In this document: positions 19,540 through 29,977 of the stretch, one piece after another | Layout: each line of letters begins with the position of its first letter | How positions within the stretch are numbered: the first letter of the stretch is position 1 | Assembly: GCA_028286685.1 (NCBI GenBank) | Contig: JAQBRA010000005.1 | Span: forward strand, 80,726 to 144,725 | Reading direction: 5' to 3' | DNA: 64,000 nt | DNA from: Candidatus Adlerbacteria bacterium | GTDB lineage: Bacteria > Patescibacteriota > Minisyncoccia > Phycocordibacterales > SBAW01 | Translations under genes and position numbers: made by a program | The notes under the pieces: model-generated | Told to the model about the DNA's origin: nothing | The model's input: the letters and a program-made list of their open reading frames with translations, nothing else | The model's database searches: none

Positions 19540-20385
19540 CTATCGCGGGAAGATATCCGCGAGCTCTTGAGAGTTGTAGAAGTTGGCGCCGAGCTGGCCG
19601 TACGCGTAGGTTTTGCCACCGGTCGTTATCGCAGCACCTGCGGCGCGCGGATTAGGATTCGGGTTGCTTGCGGCAAAGCCGATGTTAAACAGCGTGGCTA
19701 CTGCTTCCGGGTTTTTTGAGATGTCGAAGCCGGCGCGCTTCCATTGCTCCTGTATTTCTTTTATGTAGAGCGCGGTGTACAGGAGCGAGTAGTAATGATC
19801 CTTCGCATCGGTCAGCCGGTTGTATAGCTCGGTACCAGGATCGACGCCGTCTTCGTACGCGATCAGGTCAGCCATTCCCTCGCCCGGATAAAACGGCGAG
19901 GCCGGATCGTTGGCATTTCTTTCAATCGCTTCGGCGGTCTCAATTTTTATGCCGGAGACGCCGAGCGAGAACTGCGACAGCGAGCCCAAGATCTTGAGCG
20001 GCTCAAAGTAGCGCTTGAACACCTCGCGGTTGGATGTAAAAAAGCGCACCTGCTCGGGCACCACGACCGTCGCTATCATGCGCGCATCAACGCCGGTTTC
20101 TTTTGAAACGCGCGCAATAACACCCGCATCTTTCTGCAGTCCGCCTTTGACCACGACCCACTCCGGAGTCTGGTTCCAGTCGCACGATTTCGCCGCGTCA
20201 TCTGTGCATGGCTGTGCCGGCAGTGTCGTCGTGGCCGTATCCAAAAAGAACGCGTTGCGCTCGTCAATCGAGCCGCGCACATTAAGAAGCCCGAACTGCA
20301 TCGCGGCAAACACCGCGACAAAAGCGGCGCCCACGAGCGCGAATACTGCGACCACTGCGATGCCGATCCATTTCCAGATTTTCAT
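19540..20385 (-). CDS. Membrane-anchored protein, possible lysozyme-like fold
   Basis: TM then VVPEQ...SLGVSGIK...LFNIG, spaced like the E / S-x-G / YNxG motifs of lysozyme-like enzymes; start MKIWKW at 20385. Confidence 0.6.
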   Translation of the reverse strand: MKIWKWIGIAVVAVFALVGAAFVAVFAAMQFGLLNVRGSIDERNAFFLDTATTTLPAQPCTDDAAKSCDWNQTPEWVVVKGGLQKDAGVIARVSKETGVDARMIATVVVPEQVRFFTSNREVFKRYFEPLKILGSLSQFSLGVSGIKIETAEAIERNANDPASPFYPGEGMADLIAYEDGVDPGTELYNRLTDAKDHYYSLLYTALYIKEIQEQWKRAGFDISKNPEAVATLFNIGFAASNPNPNPRAAGAAITTGGKTYAYGQLGANFYNSQELADIFPR

Positions 20386-20530
20386 GCTGGCTATACTAGC
20401 AGAAATAAATATTCCTGCATGCGCGATGCGCGCTTTGGCCGCGGCTTTTGGCATCCGTGGCTGTTGCACAGCTTTGTGAAACCTGGGGTGGGCGCTTTGG
20501 GCAGACCCAACTTGTGTAACACAAGTTGGC

Positions 20531-21181
20531 CTAGATGCTGGGTTTTTTGGAGATCTGCTTCTGTGTAACTTCCTCATCCATATAGCGCCAGAGGTACATG
20601 CATGCCAAAGTTCGGTGTCCGGCCCATGGCCGTGAAAGCCGCTCCATCTGGGCGGGCGATGGCTTGGCGCGGAGCCCAAAAAGCTTCTGGAATCCTTTCT
20701 GAATACCCAGGTCGCCGGTCGGCAGAATGTCCGGCCGGTTGAGTGTGAACATCATAAACATCTGCGCCGTCCATTCGCCTATCCCTTTGACGGCAACTAC
20801 GTGCGCGATAATTTCCTGATCAGTCATCTTGCTAAATAATTTTGGATTGATCGTGCCGTCCTTGAACTTGAGCGCCAAGTCTTTGAGGTAGCTTGCCTTC
20901 TGCCCCGAAAGCCCGGCTGTGCGCAGCATCTCTGTTTTTATTTTCAGCACGTCCTCGGGTGTGGGGAATTTCTTGTCCGGAAACAGCGCTGTAAATCTTT
21001 TTAAAATAGTCCCCGCCGCCTTGCCGGAGAGCTGCTGGTAAATGACAGATTCGCACAGAGCCTGGAACGGCTCCGTGGTGTGCTTGCGCCGGAACCACAA
21101 AGGCCCGAAGTTTTTTATAAAAGCGCCCAAGTGCTTGTCCTTCAAAAGGAAAGTGTGCGAGTCTTTGTAATGTGTTGTCAT
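20531..21181 (-). CDS. alkA: DNA-3-methyladenine glycosylase II (HhH-GPD)
   Basis: SVIYQQLSGKAA, GLSGQKA, VKGIGEWTAQM, PDILPTGDLGI. Confidence 0.92.
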   Translation of the reverse strand: MTTHYKDSHTFLLKDKHLGAFIKNFGPLWFRRKHTTEPFQALCESVIYQQLSGKAAGTILKRFTALFPDKKFPTPEDVLKIKTEMLRTAGLSGQKASYLKDLALKFKDGTINPKLFSKMTDQEIIAHVVAVKGIGEWTAQMFMMFTLNRPDILPTGDLGIQKGFQKLFGLRAKPSPAQMERLSRPWAGHRTLACMYLWRYMDEEVTQKQISKKPSI

Positions 21182-21331
21182 GTCCTAGCGAGTGAGCGAA
21201 TAAAAGCTTGCTTTTAATTCCGAGCGAGCGACGGACATACGAGACGTCCTCGTGCTCTTATACCGGCATCATACCCGCTCACGGCTTTTTGCGGTACACA
21301 AATAAAATCACCAAAATGCTATACTCTCCGC

Positions 21332-21673
21332 ATGTCTAAATATACGGGAGGGTGCCATTGCGGAGCAGTTAAATACGAGGTCGAGACAGACTTGGAAAAA
21401 GTCATTGAGTGCAACTGCTCGCACTGCCACAAGAAAGGATTTCTGCTTACGTTTGTCGACAAGGACAAATTCGCGATTATCTCAGGCGCCGATAATCTGA
21501 GCGAATACCAATTCAATAAAAAAGCTATACGCCATTTGTTCTGCAAGACCTGCGGTGTACAGAGTTTTGCCGAAGGAATTTCCTTCCCCCAGATTGCGAT
21601 CAATGTCCGCTGCTTGGACGATGTCGATACCAAGTCGCTCAGTATCGAGCAGTACAACGGAAAAGATATCTAG
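21332..21673 (+). CDS. GFA (CENP-V) family Zn-binding protein
   Basis: GGCHCGAV, CNCSHC, FCKTCG, INVRCL. Confidence 0.92.
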   Translation: MSKYTGGCHCGAVKYEVETDLEKVIECNCSHCHKKGFLLTFVDKDKFAIISGADNLSEYQFNKKAIRHLFCKTCGVQSFAEGISFPQIAINVRCLDDVDTKSLSIEQYNGKDI

Positions 21674-23229
21674 CTTTTCCTCTCGCGATATTGCAGGGCT
21701 TCTAAAACATGCGAGTCGTTTACATCCGGCGCGCCGTCAAGGTCGGCTATCGTGCGCGCGACTTTTATCACGCGATGATACGCGCGCGGCGAAAGGGCCA
21801 GACGCGTCGCGGCTCTTTCCAAAGTTGTGCGGACGCCCGCAGTCAGCGGTACCAACTCATCAAGCTCGCGCGGGGAAAGCTCGCTGTTGGTCTTGTTGGG
21901 ATTTTTAGTGTGCACGAACCGCCCCTTCTGCGCGGTACGCGCCTTTGCCACTTTCTCGCGCGCGATGCGCGTTTCAGTCCCCTCTTTGTTTCTTTTGCCC
22001 AGCTCGCTTAACACCACCGGGCCCATAGTGCTCCATAGATCGATGCGGTCGGCGATGGGGCCGGAAATTTTTCTTTTATATTTTTCCAAACTAATCGGCG
22101 TGCAGGTGCAGGCAACTTCCGGATGCCCGTAGTTGCCGCACGGGCATGGGTTCATCGCGGCGACGAGCGTAAAGCGCGCCGGGAATATCGCCGTGCCGCG
22201 CGCACGGGCCACCGATATGACCCGGTCTTCCAAAGGCTGGCGCAGCGCCTCGATAACCCGCCGCTCGAACTCCGGGAACTCGTCCAAAAACAAAACGCCT
22301 TTGTGCGCGAGCGTTGCCTCGCCCGGCCGCGGGTTTGCTCCGCCGCCCACAATCGAAACGTAGGAGCTGGTGTGGTGCGGAGAGCGGAAAGGCGGCAGGG
22401 TCAGAAGTTCGCCGCGCAAAACGCCGGCGACCGAGTGTATGCCGTTTACTTCGAGCATGTCATCGAAGTTAAGCGGCGGCAGTATGGATGCCAGTGCGCG
22501 GGCCAGCATGGTCTTGCCGGTACCAGGAGGACCCGACAGTCCCAGGTTGTGCCCGCCCGCCGCGGCGATAATAGCCGCGCGCTTGGCAGACTCCTGTCCG
22601 CGGATGTCTTCAAAGGCAAATTGTCCTTCGCCCCAGCTAACCTCAAGCTTGGTCTGCGGCGCGGGCGCAAGCTTAACTCCGACTTTCTTTTCTTTGGCCT
22701 CCGGGGTCTTCTTTTCGTTTAAAAAATCTACCACTTCCTGCAAGCTCTCGGCGCCGTATATGTCTATCCCGCGGACCAGGGCCGCCTCTTCCTCGTTGCC
22801 TTTGGGTACGAACACGGCCTGCTTCCCTTTCTTCTTGGCCTCAGCGACCAGGGGCAGTATGCCCCGCACAGGCTGCAGTGCCCCGTCCAAAGACAGCTCG
22901 CCCACGAACAGGTACGGCTTGGGGTCAAAGCGTATGTCCCCCGCCGCCAATAAATACGAAAGCGCTATCGGCAAATCAAACATCGGCCCTTCCTTCTTTA
23001 AGTCTGCCGGGGCAAGAGAGATGACTATTTTTTGGTTGCGCGACTTGGGAGACTCGAATCCTGAGTGCTTAATGGCTGCTGCAACCCGGTCGCGGGACTC
23101 CTCGACCGCCTTATCCGGAAGTCCGACGACAGTAAAACTATGGAGGCCGCGCGAAAGGTCGGTCTCGATGGAGACTAAGTAAGGAGAGAGCAAAGAGGTC
23201 TGAGCCCCGTGCACCTTCGCGTACTGCAT
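21670..23229 (-). CDS. comM: ComM/YifB Mg-chelatase-like AAA+ ATPase
   Basis: VGLPDKAVEES, GPPGTGKTMLA, PFRSPHHT, LFLDEFPEF, AMNPCPCG; start MQYAK at 23229. Confidence 0.93.
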   Translation of the reverse strand: MQYAKVHGAQTSLLSPYLVSIETDLSRGLHSFTVVGLPDKAVEESRDRVAAAIKHSGFESPKSRNQKIVISLAPADLKKEGPMFDLPIALSYLLAAGDIRFDPKPYLFVGELSLDGALQPVRGILPLVAEAKKKGKQAVFVPKGNEEEAALVRGIDIYGAESLQEVVDFLNEKKTPEAKEKKVGVKLAPAPQTKLEVSWGEGQFAFEDIRGQESAKRAAIIAAAGGHNLGLSGPPGTGKTMLARALASILPPLNFDDMLEVNGIHSVAGVLRGELLTLPPFRSPHHTSSYVSIVGGGANPRPGEATLAHKGVLFLDEFPEFERRVIEALRQPLEDRVISVARARGTAIFPARFTLVAAMNPCPCGNYGHPEVACTCTPISLEKYKRKISGPIADRIDLWSTMGPVVLSELGKRNKEGTETRIAREKVAKARTAQKGRFVHTKNPNKTNSELSPRELDELVPLTAGVRTTLERAATRLALSPRAYHRVIKVARTIADLDGAPDVNDSHVLEALQYRERKS

Positions 23230-23305
23230 ATAAAATAGTATATATGAAGAATTCACCGCTAGTCGGTGAATTCTTAGAGTAGAGGAAAAGAAGTTTCTCC
23301 GGAGC

Positions 23306-23656
23306 CTACAGGTGAGCCATGCAGGTGCGGGCGGCCGGGTTTGCCTCAAGACGTTCCTCCTCTATAGGAGCCTGGCAGACTTCGCAGGTGCCGTAGGTCC
23401 CCTGCTCGATGCTTTCTAGTGCCTTTTTAACATCTGCCATTCGGGCCGAAAGGGTCGTTACCTCCTCGGTGCGCTCGTCTATCTCCTCTATCTTGTCGGC
23501 AGCCTCGTTAGGCTCGGCGATTGGGCTCATAACATCCATCTCGGGCGCCTTGGCGGTCCAAATTCCGTTGTCTCCCTCTTGTGCGATATCGCCCAGCTGT
23601 TTCTCCAATAAGGAAAGCTCCTCGTCCAGCTTCTGCTTAAAATGCTCAGTATTCAT
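23306..23656 (-). CDS. TraR/DksA C4-type zinc finger protein
   Basis: ALESIEQGTYGTCEVC...ERLEANPAARTC. Confidence 0.9.
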   Translation of the reverse strand: MNTEHFKQKLDEELSLLEKQLGDIAQEGDNGIWTAKAPEMDVMSPIAEPNEAADKIEEIDERTEEVTTLSARMADVKKALESIEQGTYGTCEVCQAPIEEERLEANPAARTCMAHL

Positions 23657-23700
23657 ATGGCCCCAGTATACCTTGCCCTACTCTGGTACCCAAACCTCCC

Positions 23701-24966
23701 CTATTGCTGGGGCAGCGACAGGATGCTTGCCTGGGACAAGCGCGAGATGATCTCGCGCAGAGTCGCGTCGTTGGTGGTAATGACTATGGTCGAGCGATCG
23801 AGGAAGGTCCACAAGAGCAGGATGTCGCCGTCTTGGTTGAGTATTACGCGCGTGTCGCGGTTCTCCACTATCTTGTCGGCAAAGTTGCCTACGAAAAACT
23901 GCGGTGCGGCCTGGGTCGGGGTGGTCGAAGCCGTTGTTGATGCGGTTTGTGCAGTGGTGCTGGCAGAGGTGGTGGCCAGGGGTCCGGTGGGGACTGACGG
24001 GCGCGCATGCACGGCTGGCGTGCGGTTAAACAGGGGCAGGAGGTCGGCCCGCATACTGGTCTCCCACGCGAGCATGCCCGAGTAGGCGGTCTCGTAGGAG
24101 TCGGCTTTGAGTATCATAAAGGCCTGATTCTCGTCGTAGCTGTGGATACCCAAGAGCATTTGGGGCTCAAGCGTGCGCAAAAGCGCCGGAGGGATCGTGC
24201 GCGCCAAAAGCGGCAAGAAATCCTGCGCGGCAAACTCCTGAACGCTGCCGTCTTGAGATTGAGCAACGACCTGCAGGCGCGCGATAAGGCCCAATGAAAG
24301 GTTGATAGAGTCGCGGGCGGCGACCAGCTTCTGCATGGTGGCGCTGCGCGAGTCCTCGGCAGAGACCGGTACGGTCAGGGTGCTGTCGACGAATATGAAA
24401 GGCGCCGGCGACTGCTCGGCGATAGGCACCGGCTGCAGGCGTATATAGAGGTAGTAGCTGATGCCGATGGCAAAGAGCACAAACAGGGCCCCGCCCGTTA
24501 TCATGAGCATTTTCCCGAGCCATGGCCGGCTGGGTTCGGCTGCCAAACTGTCTCCCAGTTTTGCCATGCCGCGGCGATCGGCTTCGGCGGCGGCAATGGT
24601 AACGACCGATACGTTTTTCTTGTCTACTAAACTTTCAATATCGCCCTGGTAGGTCTGCAGCGGCCGCACCATAGGGGCGTCTTCCTTGTGCTGGGTTGGC
24701 ACTGGGGCCGGCGCTTCCTTGGGTGCTTGGGGCAGTGCGGCTTTCTGTTCCTGCTCAAACAGTGCTCCGGCGTTTATGCGCTGTGCGGAGTCTACCGAAG
24801 GCGCACCTTTTTTAGGGAGTATGAGCTTGTCAAAGTCGACATGCCCGGCGCCCGTCTGGTGGGCAGCCTCCGACGCAGGAGCAGCGGGTACGGGAGTCGG
24901 CTGCGGCGCAGGGGTCGCAGGATTAGGCGCTGTGTTCGGGTCTTGTGGTGTGTTCTGGTCCGGCAT
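23701..24966 (-). CDS. Single-pass membrane hypothetical protein
   Basis: Pro-rich N-terminus, LQTYQGDI motif, TM, YSGMLAWE and FADKIVENRDTR motifs. Confidence 0.75.
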   Translation of the reverse strand: MPDQNTPQDPNTAPNPATPAPQPTPVPAAPASEAAHQTGAGHVDFDKLILPKKGAPSVDSAQRINAGALFEQEQKAALPQAPKEAPAPVPTQHKEDAPMVRPLQTYQGDIESLVDKKNVSVVTIAAAEADRRGMAKLGDSLAAEPSRPWLGKMLMITGGALFVLFAIGISYYLYIRLQPVPIAEQSPAPFIFVDSTLTVPVSAEDSRSATMQKLVAARDSINLSLGLIARLQVVAQSQDGSVQEFAAQDFLPLLARTIPPALLRTLEPQMLLGIHSYDENQAFMILKADSYETAYSGMLAWETSMRADLLPLFNRTPAVHARPSVPTGPLATTSASTTAQTASTTASTTPTQAAPQFFVGNFADKIVENRDTRVILNQDGDILLLWTFLDRSTIVITTNDATLREIISRLSQASILSLPQQ

Positions 24967-27097
24967 TGGTTGCAGGGGTAAGTCCGTGGCGGATAGCGAA
25001 CTCGGGGTCGGCCATCTTTATCGAGAGGTTGATGCGGCCCTTCTCGTCTATCTCCTTTATCATAACGCGTACTTTGTCCCCTATGGCAACGGCATCAGAA
25101 ATCTTGTTGATTTTGAATGGCGCTACTTCTGAGACATGCACGAGGCCCTCGGCGTCCTTGCCTGGTCCCACGCGTACGAACGCGCCGAAGTCCATAAGCC
25201 GGGTTACTTCCCCGTCATAGACCTCGCCCGGCTTGTATTCCTTGACCAGGGCCTCGATCATCGCCTTGGCTTTGGCCGCGCTGCCGCCTTTTCCGGTAAT
25301 GAACACTGAGCCGTCGTCTTCTATAGTAATATCGTCTACTTTCGTAATGTCGCGGATGCCGTTTATGGTCTTGCCTCCCCCGCCTATGACCATGCCTATC
25401 TGGTCGGGCTTTACCGTAAGCGAGAGTATCTCAGGCGCGCGCGGCGATATATTCGGTCGGGGTGCTTGAATTTCTTTCTCAATAACGTCGAGTATCTGCA
25501 GGCGCGCCGCTTTGGCCCCTGCGAGTGCCTCGGTCAGTATCTCAACCGGTATGCCGTCGAGCTTTATGTCCATCTGTATGGCGGTAACGCCTGCGCGCGT
25601 ACCGGCGACCTTAAAGTCCATGTCGCCGAATTCGTCCTCAGGGCCCTGGATGTCGGTCAGCACTTTGTACTTTTTGTCTTGCGCATAATCGGCAGAGAGC
25701 ATCAGGCCCATCGCAATGCCGGCGACCGGCGCTTTAATCGGCACGCCGCCGTCCATGAGCGCGATGGTCGAGGCGCACGCCGAGCCCATGGAGGTCGATC
25801 CGTTAGAGGCCAGACACTCCGACACCAGGCGTATCGTGTATGGGAAATCCTCTGCGCTCGGGAGCACGGCCTCTAATGCCTTTTGCGCTAGGGCACCATG
25901 TCCGGTGGCGCGGCGATTAATGCCGCCCATGCGCCCCGTTTCTCCCGAGGAGTACGGCGGGAAGTTGTAGTGATGCATGAAACGCTGTTTGGTGTCGTGC
26001 TTCTCCATCGTGTCGATTATCTGGTTTTCGCCTGGGCCGCCCAAGGTAAGCGCGGTAAAGACGTGCGTGCCGCCGCGATAAAAGATCCCCGAGCCGTGCA
26101 GTACGGGGCTGACCCCGCCCGCTTTGGCAAAGAGAGGGCGTATCTGGTCCATGGGGCGATTGTCCGCGCGCTTGTTCTCTTCTACTGCTCCGCGGTGTAT
26201 TTCCTCGTCTACCTTGTCCTCGAAGAATCGCTTGGCTGCGCCCTTAAGTTTGCCGAGCTCCTCGGTCTCCCCTACCCGCTTCATGTACTCATCCTCAAGC
26301 GCATGTATCGCGTCTTTGCTCGGCGCACCGCAGAACACCGCCGCGCTCATGCGGCTTGCGAATTCTGCGGCATACAGGTCCGTTAAGGCCGCAGGCAGTT
26401 CGGGCTTGGCGGCATCCTTCTTTGGCTTTCCAATTTCTTGGATAATCTTCTTCTGCCAGTCTAAAATTTTGTTATGCTCCTCGACAGCTTTGCCAAAGCC
26501 GGCCGCAATTACATCTTCTGTAATTTGCTTGGAGCCTACTTCTATCATGTTGATAGTGCCGTCTTTGCCGCAGGCTAGAAGATCGAGCGATGCGTTCTCC
26601 CTTTCCTGGTAGGTAGGATTTACGGCGAGATTGTCTCCAATGCGCACCGCGGCGACCGGCCCGCCCCACGGTATCGGCGATGTTGCGAGCGCCAGGCTTG
26701 CGGCGTTGACTGCTAGCTGCGCCGGGTCGTCCTCGCCCAAAGCGAGCACGGTTATTACTACCTGCACCTCTTGGCGCATGTGCGCGGCAAACAAGGGGCG
26801 TATGGTGCGATCAACAATGCGACCATTGAGTATCGCCGCCTCTGACGGTCTCCCCTCGCGGCGCATGTACTGCGATCCTAAGATTGCCCCTGCGGCATAG
26901 TAGCGCTCCTCGAAGTCTACCGTCAGCGGAAAGTAATCGATGTCGTCGCGCGTGCGGCTAGACATGACCGCAGTTGCCAAAACCGCGGTGTCGCCATAGC
27001 GCAAAATGACCGAGCCCTGCGCCTGCTCAGCCAAGTCCGTAAATTCCGCAATCATCGACTTCTTTCCGACTTCGAGAGAAAAAGATTTGCTTTGCAT
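24923..27097 (-). CDS. pnp: Polyribonucleotide nucleotidyltransferase
   Basis: FPLTVDFEER, RREGRP, HHYNFPPYS, ASNGSTSM, GDMDFKVAG, KH and S1 domains. Confidence 0.97.
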   Translation of the reverse strand: MQSKSFSLEVGKKSMIAEFTDLAEQAQGSVILRYGDTAVLATAVMSSRTRDDIDYFPLTVDFEERYYAAGAILGSQYMRREGRPSEAAILNGRIVDRTIRPLFAAHMRQEVQVVITVLALGEDDPAQLAVNAASLALATSPIPWGGPVAAVRIGDNLAVNPTYQERENASLDLLACGKDGTINMIEVGSKQITEDVIAAGFGKAVEEHNKILDWQKKIIQEIGKPKKDAAKPELPAALTDLYAAEFASRMSAAVFCGAPSKDAIHALEDEYMKRVGETEELGKLKGAAKRFFEDKVDEEIHRGAVEENKRADNRPMDQIRPLFAKAGGVSPVLHGSGIFYRGGTHVFTALTLGGPGENQIIDTMEKHDTKQRFMHHYNFPPYSSGETGRMGGINRRATGHGALAQKALEAVLPSAEDFPYTIRLVSECLASNGSTSMGSACASTIALMDGGVPIKAPVAGIAMGLMLSADYAQDKKYKVLTDIQGPEDEFGDMDFKVAGTRAGVTAIQMDIKLDGIPVEILTEALAGAKAARLQILDVIEKEIQAPRPNISPRAPEILSLTVKPDQIGMVIGGGGKTINGIRDITKVDDITIEDDGSVFITGKGGSAAKAKAMIEALVKEYKPGEVYDGEVTRLMDFGAFVRVGPGKDAEGLVHVSEVAPFKINKISDAVAIGDKVRVMIKEIDEKGRINLSIKMADPEFAIRHGLTPATNAGPEHTTRPEHSA

Positions 27098-27162
27098 CGA
27101 TAAACTGTAGCAAAAAAGCCCGGGCTCTGCGAGCCGGGCTTTTCATTTATTTTTTTATTTGA

Positions 27163-27831
27163 TTACTCCCCCGACATCTTAATAGCCGGGTCCTCGCCGT
27201 CGGTCTTGCCGTCCCACTCCTCTTGTACCTCGGTGGTATCAGGGCTGGTATCGGCGTTGACGCGTCCGGCGTTGCGGTCAGACCCGGCAGTGCCGAAGCC
27301 CGGTATCCACTTGGAGCCGCCGCGGTAGCCAATGAGATAGTTGCGCGGATCGTCGCACATATCGATAAACTCGTCTGCGGCGTCGCGCAGCTGGCCCGAG
27401 GATGACTTGCCGAAGGCAATCACCTCCACCTGGCAGCCGTGCGCGTATTTTAGGTACTCAACGACCGGGACAAAGTCGCCGTCGCCTGTCGCGAGGATAA
27501 TAGTGTCGAGCTTCTGCGCCATGGCAACGAGGTCAACGACGGTGCCCAGGTCCCAATCGGCCTTCTTGGCGCCACCGGCAAAGACGCGGATGTCCTTGGC
27601 CTTGGTCTCGATCCCGAGCTTGTTAAGGGCCTCAAAGAAGCCCTTTTCCTCCTCCGACTCGGTGCGGATAACGTAGGCGACGGCGCGGATGAGTACGCGG
27701 CCGGCCACGGCCTCCTTAACTACCTGGCCGAAGTTTACCTTGGCCTTGTAGAGATTCTTGGCGCTGTGGTACAGGTTCTGCGTGTCAATGAATATGCCGA
27801 CACGCTGGGCTTTATGCTTAATGATAGCCAT
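27163..27831 (-). CDS. NYN-domain (LabA/DUF88, PIN-like) protein
   Basis: IFIDTQNLY, KKADWD, ATGDGDFVP, LRDAADEF. Confidence 0.9.
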   Translation of the reverse strand: MAIIKHKAQRVGIFIDTQNLYHSAKNLYKAKVNFGQVVKEAVAGRVLIRAVAYVIRTESEEEKGFFEALNKLGIETKAKDIRVFAGGAKKADWDLGTVVDLVAMAQKLDTIILATGDGDFVPVVEYLKYAHGCQVEVIAFGKSSSGQLRDAADEFIDMCDDPRNYLIGYRGGSKWIPGFGTAGSDRNAGRVNADTSPDTTEVQEEWDGKTDGEDPAIKMSGE

Positions 27832-27983
27832 ATGTTGTGGTCGCTCTGGCTAGGCTCGGGCCGGCAAACAATATGCCACCCCTGCCCTGCCACACGAAAA
27901 TTTAGAAAATAAAAACGCCCCTCCTAATAAAGTATACACCTCTGCTGCAAAAATATTTCATGAACCCGCAAGCGCGAGTGGCT

Positions 27984-28250
27984 TTACTTCTTAAGGCCGA
28001 GCTTCTTAATAAGAGCGTTGTAGCGCTTCTTGTCGCTGCCCTCGAGGTACTTCAAATGAGTACGGCGGTCGGCAACCATCTGCAAAAGGCCGCGGCGAGA
28101 GTGCTTGTCCTTGGTGTGCTTACGCAAATGCGAAGTAAGCTCGTCAATTTGTTTGCAAAGCAAAGCGACCTGGACCTCCGGCGAGCCGGTGTCCGTAGCA
28201 TGTACTGCGGTCTCCTTGATGATTTTGGTCTTTTTTTGCTTGGTAAGCAT
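27984..28250 (-). CDS. rpsO: 30S ribosomal protein S15
   Basis: [31 protein letters not shown]; start MLTKQKK. Confidence 0.97.
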   Translation of the reverse strand: MLTKQKKTKIIKETAVHATDTGSPEVQVALLCKQIDELTSHLRKHTKDKHSRRGLLQMVADRRTHLKYLEGSDKKRYNALIKKLGLKK

Positions 28251-28361
28251 AATGTGTATGAAACGCGAGGCGAAGTGCCCCGTATCAATAAGCATAGCAC
28301 AGGCGCTTGTTTTGCGCAATACCCGGGGTCTGGGCCATGGTAAAATTGTGCGACACATCCC

Positions 28362-29291
28362 ATGGCTGACCTAAAAGAGCTCAAATCGCAGTTTTTGGAG
28401 TATCTCGAGATCGAGAAGGGCCGCTCCGTCAAAACGGTCGAGAATTACGACCGCTACCTCTCCCGGTTCCTGGCTCATAGCAAGCTTTCCTCGCCCCAGA
28501 AGATCACCGAGCAGGCAGTGCGCGAGTTTCGCCTGCACCTTAACCGCCAGCCGGGCACCTCGGGCTCTATGAAGCTCAAGACCCAGAACTATTACATGAT
28601 CTCGCTGCGGGCGTTCCTTAAGTTCCTGCGCAAGCGCGATGTGGAGAGCCTCAATCCCGAGCGCATTGAACTGGCTAAGGTAGGCCAGCGCGACTTGGAC
28701 CTCATTACCTCCCAAGAGCTCGAGCGCCTCCTGAGCGCCTCACAATCCCCTACCCAGTCTAAAAGTCCGGCTGCCCTGCTTGTGGTGTTGCGCGACAAGG
28801 CTATGATGGAGCTTTTGTTCAGCACGGGGCTACGCGTGTCCGAGCTCTGCCGGCTCAATCGCGACCTGGACCTCTCGCGCGACGAATTTTCCGTGCGCGG
28901 CAAGGGCGAAAAGGTCCGCGTCGTGTTCCTCTCCCCTAACGCCAAGGACGCCATAAAGAAGTACTTGGACAAGCGCGGCGATATAGACGACGCGCTTTTC
29001 GTGCAAATGGGCAAAAATGCCAAAAATGCCAAGGATCTGCGCCTGACGCCCCGCTCGGTCGAGCGCACCATCAAGCACTACGCCACCAAGGCGGGCATTA
29101 CCCGCAAAGTAACCCCGCACGTCATACGGCACTCCTTTGCCACCGATCTTTTGGAAAATGGCGCCGATCTGCGCTCGGTACAGGCGCTTTTGGGCCATCA
29201 GAACATCGCCACAACCCAGGTGTATACCCACGTAACCGACAAGCACCTGCGCGAGGTGCACAAGAAGTTCCACGGCCAGCGGCGTAAATAA
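28362..29291 (+). CDS. XerC/XerD-family tyrosine recombinase
   Basis: SAM-like N-domain; [36 protein letters not shown] catalytic residues. Confidence 0.92.
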   Translation: MADLKELKSQFLEYLEIEKGRSVKTVENYDRYLSRFLAHSKLSSPQKITEQAVREFRLHLNRQPGTSGSMKLKTQNYYMISLRAFLKFLRKRDVESLNPERIELAKVGQRDLDLITSQELERLLSASQSPTQSKSPAALLVVLRDKAMMELLFSTGLRVSELCRLNRDLDLSRDEFSVRGKGEKVRVVFLSPNAKDAIKKYLDKRGDIDDALFVQMGKNAKNAKDLRLTPRSVERTIKHYATKAGITRKVTPHVIRHSFATDLLENGADLRSVQALLGHQNIATTQVYTHVTDKHLREVHKKFHGQRRK

Positions 29292-29341
29292 AAAAAGAAG
29301 CGCGGCTCCGGGTATCCGGAGCTGCGCTTTATTTCTTAGTT

Positions 29342-29530
29342 TCAGTATTCCCTGCGAGGAATATACCTTTGCGAGGGAGACCGCCACTGGCGGCCCTCTC
29401 GGCGGGCTTCTCTCGACGCAGGCTCAATAAGGCAAGGAAGCCGTGTTGGATCGGCAGGCTCTTCTATGAATTCAGAAGAACTTGCTGACCCTGTATCGGT
29501 TTCGCCCGTCCCCGTCTGATCGATATCCAC
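29342..29530 (-). CDS. Small hypothetical protein
   Basis: GTG start with GGGGAG upstream; bidirectional terminator at 29298-29329. Confidence 0.4.
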   Translation of the reverse strand: MDIDQTGTGETDTGSASSSEFIEEPADPTRLPCLIEPASREARREGRQWRSPSQRYIPRREY

Positions 29531-29675
29531 GTGTGTCTCCCCATGTAATAGGTTGCCATAAACGCATTAACAACGGTACAGACCAAGCTGTATCTAACGC
29601 TATTTGCCTGATAGTTATATGAAGGGATTTGGGGGATGGCAGGGAGAAAGGGCGCGGCAGAATACCGCGCCCTTA

Positions 29676-29864
29676 TCAGGTGACTGAATCAATCGGGAAT
29701 AGTTTATCGATCATCTCATCGAATAGTTTCGTGTAGCTCTTCCGTATCTCTCGGGTATAGGTCCATTGGCAGCCGTCCAAGAGGTGCCTCAGTAGGCTCA
29801 GTTCCGGACTTTTTTCAGAGAACTCTGTCTCGGGGCGCATAAGATCGGGATCATGGTCAGACAT
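29676..29864 (-). CDS. Small hypothetical protein
   Basis: ATG 29864 with purine-rich leader; hairpin at 29648-29674 after the stop. Confidence 0.5.
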   Translation of the reverse strand: MSDHDPDLMRPETEFSEKSPELSLLRHLLDGCQWTYTREIRKSYTKLFDEMIDKLFPIDSVT

Positions 29865-29977
29865 AACACTCTCTCTTCCTGAAGAACGCCGCAACGAGCT
29901 CTTTTGTACCATGCGGGCCTGTACCGGGAGTGAAGGAATTTCAAGACACGGGCCATTCCTCGCGGTATAGTTCTGGC

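Noticed and set aside
28362-29900. Tyrosine recombinase followed by small ORFs, as a possible integron or prophage integrase
   Set aside because: The protein looks like a housekeeping Xer of about 310 aa with host-like codon use and no obvious IntI insertion. I found no attC-like RYYYAAC...GTTRRRY repeats or phage genes.
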